Origin: Alphaproteobacteria bacterium
Lineage (GTDB): Bacteria > Pseudomonadota > Alphaproteobacteria > SP197
Direction of reading: 5' to 3'
Assembly (NCBI GenBank): GCA_964291265.2
Contig: OZ219747.1
Coordinates: forward strand, 2,944,001-3,008,000
Length of the DNA: 64,000 nucleotides
In this document: positions 53,992 through 62,525 of the stretch, piece after piece
How the letters are laid out: each line of letters starts with the position of its first letter
Position numbering within the stretch: position 1 is the first letter of the stretch
Notes under the pieces: model-generated
Database searches by the model: none
The model's input: only the letters and a program-made list of their open reading frames with translations
What the model was told of the DNA's origin: nothing
Made by a program: the position numbers and the translations under genes

Positions 53992-54949
53992 GCCTTGCCT
54001 CCTCGCAATTGAGACGCCCGGCATAGCTGTAGATGTTGCGGACCAGGATGCGGTCGTCGACCGTGCGCCGGACCGTGCTGCCAAAGGGGTCGGCCGGAAT
54101 GATGCCCCATGCATCGCAACCACCCAGGGTCCTGGCCTCATCCGGTGTCAGCTTGCGCGACATGCTGGCCCAGGTTGCGATGGGGATGAGGCACTCCTGG
54201 TAGAATCCGAACTGGGGGGCAAAGCCGTTGGTGGTCAGCAACAACCTCGATGTCAAGATCTCGCCGTCGGTGAATTCGAGATGATGGCAAGGCCCGTAGC
54301 CAACCCTGCGGACCGGTGAGTCCTCGTAGACCGCGACATTCTCCGGCATCGACCGCGCCATGCCCGTGACCATGGCTGCGGGCTGAACCTGGATGGTGCC
54401 AGGCGTGTGGAGACCCTGGACGTAGAAATCCGTGCCGGTGATGGCCTTCATCTCCGGAGCCTCGATCCAGCGGTAGGATGCGCCAAGGAGGTCGAGACTG
54501 GCGCTGTAGGCCTTGATGAGAGTCTGGCCACGCCGCGTTGCCGCAGCGTGGATCTTGCCTTCCTCGCGCCAGTCGCAGTCGATGCCGTGCCGTGCGACGA
54601 TGTCGCGAAGATAGTCCTGGCCCGCGCGATTGAGGGAGATCTGCATCCTTTCCGCTTCCAGGGAACCGGCAAAGTTCGTCGCCCGGATGTTGTGGGCCTG
54701 GTCGATGGCGAAACCCGAACAGCGCCCCGCGGCGTTGTTGCCGATGCGGCCGGCATCGATCAGGGCAATGCGAGCCTGCGGATCGAGCTCGGCGAGGCGC
54801 CTCGCGGCAGCCAGCCCCGTGAAGCCGCCTCCGACGACCGCGTAGTCGACATGCATACTGCCGACGGCCCGCAGGGGAGGGGGCAGCCCAGGGAGAGTCC
54901 CGAGCCATCCGTTGTGGTGGTCCGCTTCCGGGAGAACGCCGACCTTCAC
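53992..54949 (-). pseudogene. FAD-dependent oxidoreductase (DAO/PuuB-like), 5' part interrupted by the IS
   Basis: VVGGGFTGLAAA Rossmann motif, AAGRCSGFAID, QPAAMVTG. Confidence 0.9.
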
Positions 54950-55175
54950 GACACAAGGTCCACCCGGATGGTGATGGTGTCGCAGGACTGAAGCGCGGAC
55001 CTCTCCAGGCGGCTGAAGGGAGCGCGTCCACGGCGGCAGCCGATACTGGTGGCGGCATTCCGGACCGTCACGTCTTCACGTGCGCTCCCGGCAGGGCCGG
55101 CAAGGCATGAGGCCTCCATGCGCCGTCCGCCGCTGACAGCCCGCGGCGAGGGCCGGATCCAGGTCTCCTGCTGCA

Positions 55176-56138
55176 TCAGCACCGCTGACGGGACTGCATG
55201 AACTGGTCGCGTTCCTCCTGCCAGTCCCGCAGGATCGCCTGTTCCGGTTTGCTGCGATCGACCGGCAGCTTCGAAAGGGCCGTGAGCAGATCGCGCCGGG
55301 CTGACCCGGACACGAGGGGCAGGGGCTGGCGTGGTGGACCCATGTCGCGGCCTGAAAGGCACGTGGCCGCCTTGACGCCGCTCATGTAGTCCACGTCCCG
55401 ATCATTGTCCCATAGCCAGAGGCAGGCATCCCGCATCGAGGCCCAGAGGGCGAGGGCCTGAGCGTGTTCGCCAGACACGATCAGTTCATGGAGCCTGACG
55501 CACTCCCGGGGCATGAAGTTCGCAGCCCCCCAGATCATGCCGACACAGCCCGCCATCAGGGAATAGGGCGCATAGGCGTCGGTGCCGTTGAGCACGCCGC
55601 CTCCGCACGCCACCAGTTTCTGGAGCTGCGTGAAGTCGCCGGAACTGTCCTTGATGTAGTCGAGGTTGTCGACGGCGATCAGGCGGCGGTAAAGGTCCAG
55701 TGTCAGGGGCGCGGCCTGCTGGGGCACGTTGTACATGACGACCGGAATGCCGATTGCCCTGGCGATGGTCTCGTAATGGCAGAACACGCCGCGCTCTCCC
55801 GGCGGTTCCAGGAAGGGGGGCATGACCATGACAGCTGTCACTCCGGCATCCTCGGCGGCTTGAGCCCTGGCGACGCAATCGGCCGTGCTGAGAGCGGTGG
55901 TCTGGGCGACGGTCGGCACGCGACCATCGATGTGCCTTGCCCCCTCCCGGATCAGGAAGGCACGTTCCTCGTCACTCAGGTAGGCATACTCGCCGGTGCC
56001 CGAGCACAGGACGATGCCGTGCATTCCCGCCTGGATCATGTCGTCGATGTGGTCCCTGTAACGACCCGGGTCGACGGTCTCGCCGTCCTTCTCGAAGGGC
56101 GTGCACATGGCCGCGAATATGCCGCGCAGCTGCGTCAT
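55176..56138 (-). CDS. DapA/NAL-family class I aldolase-like protein
   Basis: TPF, SGTGEY, MYNVP, YIKDSSG (Schiff-base Lys). Confidence 0.9.
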   Translation of the reverse strand: MTQLRGIFAAMCTPFEKDGETVDPGRYRDHIDDMIQAGMHGIVLCSGTGEYAYLSDEERAFLIREGARHIDGRVPTVAQTTALSTADCVARAQAAEDAGVTAVMVMPPFLEPPGERGVFCHYETIARAIGIPVVMYNVPQQAAPLTLDLYRRLIAVDNLDYIKDSSGDFTQLQKLVACGGGVLNGTDAYAPYSLMAGCVGMIWGAANFMPRECVRLHELIVSGEHAQALALWASMRDACLWLWDNDRDVDYMSGVKAATCLSGRDMGPPRQPLPLVSGSARRDLLTALSKLPVDRSKPEQAILRDWQEERDQFMQSRQRC

Positions 56139-56249
56139 GCTGTGTCCCCGCAATCCCCTGTTCCGCGATGCCCTGGCACTTCAGGTCAGACCACGCAGAC
56201 GATGATAGTCCGGCTTCGCCAGGGCCAACAAGATGTTCGTCACAATGTA

Positions 56250-56700
56250 ACGAGCGCTCTTGCCGCGCAGTCCCGGTATCCATTGAAGCCTTGGCCACCA
56301 CCCGCCGCTTGCGGGACGAGAGGGTTCGCTCACGCAGTGATCGAGGCATCATGGAACTGAGCGAATGCCGACAAGACACGGGACAGAGCGTCATGGCCAC
56401 CGTCATCCTCATCATGGCCCCCCCTTGCTCGAACACCGGCGATTGAAGAGTGCCTCAACACCCTGCAGGCCGGCTCAACGGACCGCCTGCGCCAGACAGG
56501 CGAGATGAGGATATGTCTGGCCTTCAACGCATGCCGCGTCATGAGCCCGATCACGTCGCCAAGCCGCATCGTTCACGGCGACGAGACCACGGTCCTTGAT
56601 GACCTCCACGGATCCCGCCGACAGCGCCCGGCGCGTGGACCTCCCGATCCCGAACCAATACATCGAAGCCTTCGTCATCGAGGTCTTGACGCCTGGCAGG
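56250..56700 (+). pseudogene. Possible eroded LysR-type regulator, divergent from the dapA-like gene
   Basis: Fragments RSDRGIMELSEC and IVHGDETTVLDDLHGS loosely resemble LysR linker and effector-domain segments; no intact ORF. Confidence 0.3.
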
Positions 56701-56784
56701 CCCCGGGTCAGGCGCCGCGATTGCTGCCTTGGTGCTGTTCGGCGTAGGGTGCCGCCATGACGAACACCTTCCCCCTTCCAACCC

Positions 56785-57963
56785 GTGAGCACGATGCCCG
56801 TTGAGACGCCGGGGGTCTTGCGCGGGAGACTTCCGGCGAACCGGCACGATGCGCTGTTCCGGGATCTGGTCTCCGAGCCGTCCCGCGCCGCTTCGCTGCT
56901 CACCGACTACCTGCCGCCGAAGGTGGCTGCCCTCCTCGACCTCGAGGCGCCGCTGGAAGCGGTCAAGGGCAGTTTCGTCGACGAGGCCGCCCGTACCACC
57001 CAATGCGATGCGCTGTTCCGGGTGAGATTGAAGGACGGCCAAGATGCGCGCCTCTACGTGCTGCTCGAACACAAGAGCTACGTCGACGCCGCGACGCCGC
57101 TCCAGCTCCTGGGATACATGGTCAACATCTGGCGGAGCGAGATCGGGCGGAGCGAGATCGGGCGGAGCGAGATCGGGCGGAGCGAGATCGAGGGCGACAG
57201 GAGAAAACTGCCGGTGATCATCCCGCTGGTCTTCTACCATGGCCGGGATCGCTGGACGGTGGCGCGCTCGGTGCCGGACATGATCGACGCGCCCGAGGGG
57301 CTGGAGTCGTTCGTCAGGGAGTTCGCCTATGTGGTGCACGACCTCGGGGAGATGGCGCCGGACCGGCCGTCGACCTCGCCCGAGGTGCGGTCCGCTCTTC
57401 TGGCGCTCAGGTTTGCCTTTGCCGAGGAGGTGCCGCCCGATCTTCTCGACGTGATTATGGACGGGCTGCTTGCAGGGAGCGCGTTCGAGCGCCATATTGT
57501 GCGCTATATGACCGAGTACAAGGGTCTGACGCTGCCTCTTCTGGAGGCGTCTTTGCGCCGGACGAAGCCGGACCATTGGGAGGTGCTGATGGGCACGATC
57601 GCACAAGCCTGGGTCGAAAAAGGAAGAGCCGAGGGAATCGAAAGGGGAAGAACCGAGGGTATCGAAAGGGGACTCCAGAGGGGACTTGAGAGGGGAAGAG
57701 CTGAGGGAATCGAGAAGGGAATCGAGAAGGGAATCGAGAAGGGAATCGAGAAGGGAATCGAGAAGGGAATCGAACGAGGCCGGAGCGAGGCCCTCGCGGA
57801 ACTTCTTCTTCGTCAACTGTCCTTGCGCTTCGGTGATGTGCCGGATGCGGTCCGTGAGCGGGTGCGCGGCGCGTCGGCCGCCGAACTGGAGGCCTGGGCG
57901 GAGGCGGTGCTGGTGGCCACGAGCCTTGATGATGTGCTGGCCGCCAGGCCCAGGCACGAATAG
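56785..57963 (+). CDS. Rpn/YhgA-like PD-(D/E)XK nuclease (putative transposase family) with repeat-rich C-terminus
   Basis: HDALFR, SFVDE, CDALF, YVLLEHKS, LPVIIPLVFYHG..W; C-terminal EKGI repeats and LLRQL..RFG..P..V..R...LEAW. Confidence 0.92.
   Translation: MSTMPVETPGVLRGRLPANRHDALFRDLVSEPSRAASLLTDYLPPKVAALLDLEAPLEAVKGSFVDEAARTTQCDALFRVRLKDGQDARLYVLLEHKSYVDAATPLQLLGYMVNIWRSEIGRSEIGRSEIGRSEIEGDRRKLPVIIPLVFYHGRDRWTVARSVPDMIDAPEGLESFVREFAYVVHDLGEMAPDRPSTSPEVRSALLALRFAFAEEVPPDLLDVIMDGLLAGSAFERHIVRYMTEYKGLTLPLLEASLRRTKPDHWEVLMGTIAQAWVEKGRAEGIERGRTEGIERGLQRGLERGRAEGIEKGIEKGIEKGIEKGIEKGIERGRSEALAELLLRQLSLRFGDVPDAVRERVRGASAAELEAWAEAVLVATSLDDVLAARPRHE
57131..57190 (+). repeat. Perfect 15-bp tandem repeat x4 (GGCGGAGCGAGATCG), in frame (RSEIG)
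   Basis: Read directly from the sequence. Confidence 0.97.
57589..57963 (+). CDS. Putative internally translated small Rpn (RpnS antitoxin-like)
   Basis: GGAGG RBS shortly before an in-frame ATG at 57589 (MGTIAQAWVEKG). Confidence 0.6.
   Translation: MGTIAQAWVEKGRAEGIERGRTEGIERGLQRGLERGRAEGIEKGIEKGIEKGIEKGIEKGIERGRSEALAELLLRQLSLRFGDVPDAVRERVRGASAAELEAWAEAVLVATSLDDVLAARPRHE
57703..57773 (+). repeat. 12-bp tandem repeat (AGGGAATCGAGA), about 6 units, encoding GIEK
   Basis: Read directly; degenerate units extend back to about 57620. Confidence 0.95.
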
Positions 57964-58132
57964 GCGTTCGGTCACGCGGTCATGAAGGGATGATGGCGCC
58001 TGCGAGAATGTCGAGCGAAAACCGGGACAATGCGCAGATGTCACTGTCATGTCAGTCATCGTCACCCCTTGACCTAATGCTTGCGACCGGAACCAACCAG
58101 AATCAGCCATCACCGCACGGCCGAACGCTTAC
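57960..58132 (-). mobile_element. MITE copy 2 (about 173 bp, both ends present)
   Basis: Imperfect IRs ATAGGCGTTCGGTCACGCGGTCATG / GTAAGCGTTCGGCCGTGCGGTGATG; no coding capacity. Confidence 0.75.
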
Positions 58133-58900
58133 TGCGGGACCATGACTTCTGCGTGCGATACCGCAGATCCCGATACCGTCTGGATGACGTATCCGGACAC
58201 CAGACAACGCCGCCTCGACTTGTTGAGTGCCTTCGTGACCATGCTGTTCAAGCGAGGATTCTGACCATATCCAAAGACATAGTCGACACCATGGTCCTCG
58301 CACCAGACCATGATGTCGTCCGTGCCGAAGTCGGCATCCCCCCGCACCACGATCCGTGTCCGGGGCCACGTGCCGCGGATCTGCTCAACGATCCGTGACA
58401 GCTCATCCGCCGCGCCATGGTCGGCCGTCCGCAACCGGCAGCGCAGGATGTGCTCGCCGCAGACGACGAACAGCGGCAGGAAGCCATGGTGGTCGTCATA
58501 GCCGTGGAAGTACTTGCCCTCCTGGTCGCCATGCACCGGATCGTCGGTGGCATCAAGATCCAGAACAATCTCCTCGGGCGGTTCCGCATGGCTCTCCAGA
58601 AACAGGTCCACAAGAAGACGGTCCAGTGCTTCGTGATCGGCCACGATCTTCTTGTAGCGGTCCAGGCTCGCCTCATGCGGATCGCCGAGTTCCAGGCGGT
58701 TCAGCGTGCTCGAGGCCGCCAGCACATGTCCACGGTCCCGCTCGCGAACCCGTCTCTCTCCCTCCACATCGTCGATCCCGCAAGCCAGGGCCAGAGCAGG
58801 GTCGTCACGCAGACGGTCATGATCGTTGAGATCCTCGTAACAACCCGGAGCCAAAGCGATGATGCGCTGCGCCACCAGTGTCGTCACATCCTGTACAATG
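58133..58900 (-). pseudogene. IS1380-family transposase fragment
   Basis: YEDLNDHDRLRDDP, ASSTLNRLE, IVLDLDATDDPVHGDQEG.YFHGY, IVVRGDADF; truncated at both ends. Confidence 0.88.
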
Positions 58901-58946
58901 CGACCCACTCCGAAAGCCGTTCGACAGAGAAAGAGGAACTGAGGCA

Positions 58947-59456
58947 ATGTCCGTAGAGACCGTCACCGTCAGGGGCGAGAGCTATACAACGTTGAAAGAA
59001 CTCCTTCGCCCCGGACTGCGCGCCGTGTTTGTCAACATCAATCCCGCGCCGAAATCGGTTGCGGCGGGCCACTACTATAGAGGGCGGCATGGCAATCTGC
59101 TCTGGAAGAGGTTGCAGGAACACGGGATTGTGCGCTCCCTTCCTATTGGAAGGGAAGACGAAGCGGCGTTCAGTCAAGGGATAGGATTCGCCGATCTGGT
59201 TCGACGACCGACTCCCTCTGCGAAGTGCTTGTCAAAGGAAGAAAAACGCAGAGGTGCGTATTCTCTCGTGCAGAGACTTGTCGAGCTGGGGCAGCCACGC
59301 CCTGCAATCGTCTTTGTCTATGTTGCAGCGGAAATAGAGTGCCGCTTCAGACTTTTCAAAGCGGGATTCTCGACCTACACGATGCCAGGTCCCTACGCAC
59401 GCAGAGAAGACGTGCAACAGAGAATGCGGCTGCTCGCAGAAGTACTCGGGCCTTAG
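58947..59456 (+). CDS. Uracil-DNA glycosylase superfamily protein (MUG/TDG-like), divergent
   Basis: LLRPGLRAVFVNINPAPKS..AGHYY...N.LWKRL, GIGFADLVRRPT, PAIVF; visibly more A/T-rich than flanking genes. Confidence 0.8.
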   Translation: MSVETVTVRGESYTTLKELLRPGLRAVFVNINPAPKSVAAGHYYRGRHGNLLWKRLQEHGIVRSLPIGREDEAAFSQGIGFADLVRRPTPSAKCLSKEEKRRGAYSLVQRLVELGQPRPAIVFVYVAAEIECRFRLFKAGFSTYTMPGPYARREDVQQRMRLLAEVLGP

Positions 59457-59463
59457 TGGGGTT

Positions 59464-59483
59464 GCAACTGCCCAGGTCTGATT
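59464..59483 (+). repeat. IS-end-like 20-mer shared with 28911-28930
   Basis: GCAACTGCCCAGGTCTGATT, 19/20 match. Confidence 0.65.
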
Positions 59484-59599
59484 GCGCCAGACGTTCACGG
59501 GCGGTAGATCAGTGGTTCCGATCCGGTGGCGCGAGAAGGGAATCCAGACGCGGTTTCTGGTTCGGCTGAATGCGATCGGGATTCGCCGGCGTTCGAGAA

Positions 59600-59795
59600 G
59601 CAAACGTCCGGCCACGCGGTGATGGCTGATTTTGGTTGGTTTGGGGCTTGCTGACAATGGCCTGAGAGAGCGCTGGGCGATGCGGGGCTGCGCCTTGTCG
59701 ATGTCCTTGCCCTGCGAGCGAGGCGACATGCAGCCTGTGGTTCCGGCGGCATGAGCGGGCGCCGTCCATGGATCATGGTAACGTGACCGATGAGC
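59600..59795 (+). mobile_element. MITE copy 3 (diverged)
   Basis: GCAAACGTCCGGCCACGCGGTGATGGCTGATTTTGGTTGGTTTGGGGCTTGCTGAC... ending GGCGCC..CATG..CGTGACCGA as in copy 2. Confidence 0.65.
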
Positions 59796-59899
59796 GCGGC
59801 CACCTTGCCGCCAACGTTCCCGGGCATGGTAACGGTACCGCAAGGGGGTTCCAGGTGTCGTGTGTCCCGTCCACAAGCCGCGCGGCGGTTCGATCTCCT

Positions 59900-60600
59900 C
59901 GAGGGCCTCGATGTCGGCCTCGACGATGATCTGCAGACGTTCTCCGCCAGCCTTGTCGCGCAGGGAGTCGGAGAGACTGTCGAGACAGTCCTGATCAGGC
60001 TCCTTGCACTGCACCGAGCTCGGCCATCGCATCGCGCCAGCGTTGCGCACGGGAGCGGCACTCGCGGGGCTTTCGGTGGTGGAGGGAGTTTTCCGATGTC
60101 GCCTTCGACATCGTTTCAACGGAACGCAATCCCTGTTTGTCAGACGGACTCGGCCGCCATGGCGATCGCTGTTGGCTTCGAAGCGCAGCCGGGACTGGAG
60201 GCCACCTCGCTCCTGACCGGGAAGATCTTTCCCTCGTGCAGTCCCGGATATCTGAAGCGGCATCCCGACCTGAAGACCATGCAGGACATCCCGGATCAGG
60301 ATGCGGATGGCGTCGGGGAGCACACACGCTGTCATGTCCGCGCCGCCTGAACTTCGGGCGGCTGCCTCGCCCCCCTGAAGCATCGGCGCCACGCATCCGC
60401 CCGGTCCTATGGCGTGACACGCCGAAACAGGATGAAGGCCTTGCTGAGCCGTGGCGAACGCAACGCTCGCCAGCCGATCCGCACCCGCCGGTCTCGCCGC
60501 TGCGACAAGCTGTTCCTGCCCGTCGAACATGGCGCTCCGGATGAAGCGGCAGGCGCCTGCGAGAGCAGCCTGCCTGCCTTCTCCCAGGGATTCGGTGAAG
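59900..60600 (+). pseudogene. Eroded GcvA-type LysR regulator
   Basis: MAIAVGFEAQPGLEATSLLTGKIFPSCSPGYLKRHPDLKTMQDI resembles the LysR effector-domain motif; no HTH or intact ORF; boundaries approximate. Confidence 0.5.
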
Positions 60601-60845
60601 CACCGGATGGACAATCTGTCGGTGTTCGGTATCGTCCGTCATGCGCGGTCGGCTCGCCATCGGCCGTTTGGCTCAGGCGGGGAAGGCGACCCCAGACCAC
60701 TCGCGCATCAGTTCCGCAACATCGCCATCCAGTCCACGACAATCCACCATGCATCCATGCTCTGAACTGACCTGGACATGAGAACAAGTTGTCTGGCCAT
60801 CGGCGCCAACCACGGTAGTCTTGAGACAGGGCAAGGAGGTCGCAC

Positions 60846-62390
60846 ATGACGGCTCACCCTGTCGTCGAAAAGCCGGGCAAACGCCGCGGGCGGGCCGCGC
60901 GCAGGAAGGCTCGCAGCGAAAGGCCCGTCGCCTTCCTGCCGGAACTCGATCGCAGGATTCCGGTGATCGACCTGATGACGCCGGACCAGCTGGCGCGAAT
61001 TCACGACGCGACCATGTCGTTGCTCGAGACCAAGGGGATCGAATTCCGCGACGACGAATCGGCAGGCCTGTGGAGGGCCGCCGGGGCACGGGTCGACGGC
61101 TACCGGGTGCGTATCGATCGAAGCCACCTGATGGAGCTGATCGCAACGGTGCCCGAGACCTATACGATGGTGGGGCGCAACCGGGCACGTTCGGTCACCC
61201 TCGGTCGAATGAAGCAGGTCTTCACGCCAGCCTACGGATCGCCCAACGTTCTCGACCTCGATGGCCAACGTCGTTACGGGACCCTTGATGATTTCATCGC
61301 CTTCGCAAAGCTGGCGCACATGTCGCCGGCCATGCACCTCTCCGGCGGGGTCCTGTGCGAGCCGCTCGATATCCCGGTTCCGAAGCGCCATCTCCACATG
61401 GTCTACGGCCTCATCAAGCATTCGGACAAGCCCTTCATGGGCATGGTGACGGCCAGGGATCGGGCCGAGGACACCGTCGCTATGGCAAGGATCCTGTTCG
61501 GTGACGACTTCGTCGACAACAACACCGTGATGACGTCCATTGCCAACTGCAACTCGCCCCTGGTCTGGGACCAGACCATGCTCGATGCGGCCAAGGTCTA
61601 CGCCGCAGCCAATCAGGCGATGCTCTACACGCCTTTCGTCCTCGGCGGCGCCAGCACACCGGCAAGCACGGTGGGATCGCTGGTTCAGATCAACGCGGAA
61701 GCGCTGGCCGGAATCGCTTTCTCCCAACTGGTGCGCCGGGGCGCACCTGCCGTCTACGGCCAGTGGCTCGCGACGGTCTCGATGAAATCGGGCGCACCCA
61801 TGGCAGGAACGCCTGAGATCTGCCACATGAACATGCTGGTAGGTCAGATGGCCCGCCACTATCGCGTGCCCTGGCGCTGCAGCGGCGGCTGCTCAAGCGC
61901 CAAGATCGTCGACGCGCAGGCCGGTTACGAATCCGCACGCAACATGTATGGCGTGATGATGTCCGGTGCCAACTTCGTCCTTTCGACCGCAGGCTACATG
62001 GAGGGCGCCCTGACCCAGAGCTATGCCAAGTTCGTCCTCGATGCCGAACAGATGGAGATGTTCTACAGGCTCGGCCAGGGCGTTGATTTCGGTGAGCTCG
62101 ACGCCGCTCTCGAAACGATGAACGAGATCGAGCCGGGCGGGCACTATCTTGGCACCAGCCACACTCTCGAGAACTTCGAGAAAGCCTTCGTGATGCCCGA
62201 GTTGATGGACCATGACAGCTTCGAGCAATGGCGGGCGGGCGGAGCAGAGGATGCCAATGAACGGGCCATTTCACGGGCAAGACAGATGCTGGCCGACTAC
62301 GAACCACCGCCTCTCGACGAGACCATTGACGAGGCCCTGCGGGACTTCGTGGCCCGTCGTGAACGAGAATTGCCCGATCACGTGAGTTGA
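60846..62390 (+). CDS. Trimethylamine methyltransferase (MttB) family protein, non-pyrrolysine
   Basis: IHDATMSLLE..GIEF, CEPLDIPV.KRHL, SDKPFMG, NCNSPLVWD, DAQAGYE, GGHYLG..HT; no in-frame TAG. Confidence 0.93.
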   Translation: MTAHPVVEKPGKRRGRAARRKARSERPVAFLPELDRRIPVIDLMTPDQLARIHDATMSLLETKGIEFRDDESAGLWRAAGARVDGYRVRIDRSHLMELIATVPETYTMVGRNRARSVTLGRMKQVFTPAYGSPNVLDLDGQRRYGTLDDFIAFAKLAHMSPAMHLSGGVLCEPLDIPVPKRHLHMVYGLIKHSDKPFMGMVTARDRAEDTVAMARILFGDDFVDNNTVMTSIANCNSPLVWDQTMLDAAKVYAAANQAMLYTPFVLGGASTPASTVGSLVQINAEALAGIAFSQLVRRGAPAVYGQWLATVSMKSGAPMAGTPEICHMNMLVGQMARHYRVPWRCSGGCSSAKIVDAQAGYESARNMYGVMMSGANFVLSTAGYMEGALTQSYAKFVLDAEQMEMFYRLGQGVDFGELDAALETMNEIEPGGHYLGTSHTLENFEKAFVMPELMDHDSFEQWRAGGAEDANERAISRARQMLADYEPPPLDETIDEALRDFVARRERELPDHVS

Positions 62391-62482
62391 CGTCAGGGAG
62401 GAAGGACGGGAGTCGCGTACGCCACGACGTGCCGGATGTCCGGTCGTGACCGATTGAACCGGAACAATGCCGCTCTCTCGTG

Positions 62483-62504
62483 TCCGGCATTCAGGGATGC
62501 CGGA
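62483..62504. terminator. Hairpin between convergent mttB-like and amine oxidase genes
   Basis: TCCGGCAT-tcaggg-ATGCCGGA perfect 8-bp stem; weak U-tract. Confidence 0.4.
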
Positions 62505-62525
62505 AATCCAGGGGGTATCCGGGGA

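Noticed and set aside
57131-57780. Short direct repeats as a possible CRISPR array
   Set aside because: Head-to-tail in-frame coding repeats with no spacers and no cas genes
60846-62390. Pyrrolysine recoding in the MttB homologue
   Set aside because: No in-frame TAG and no pyl genes in the window
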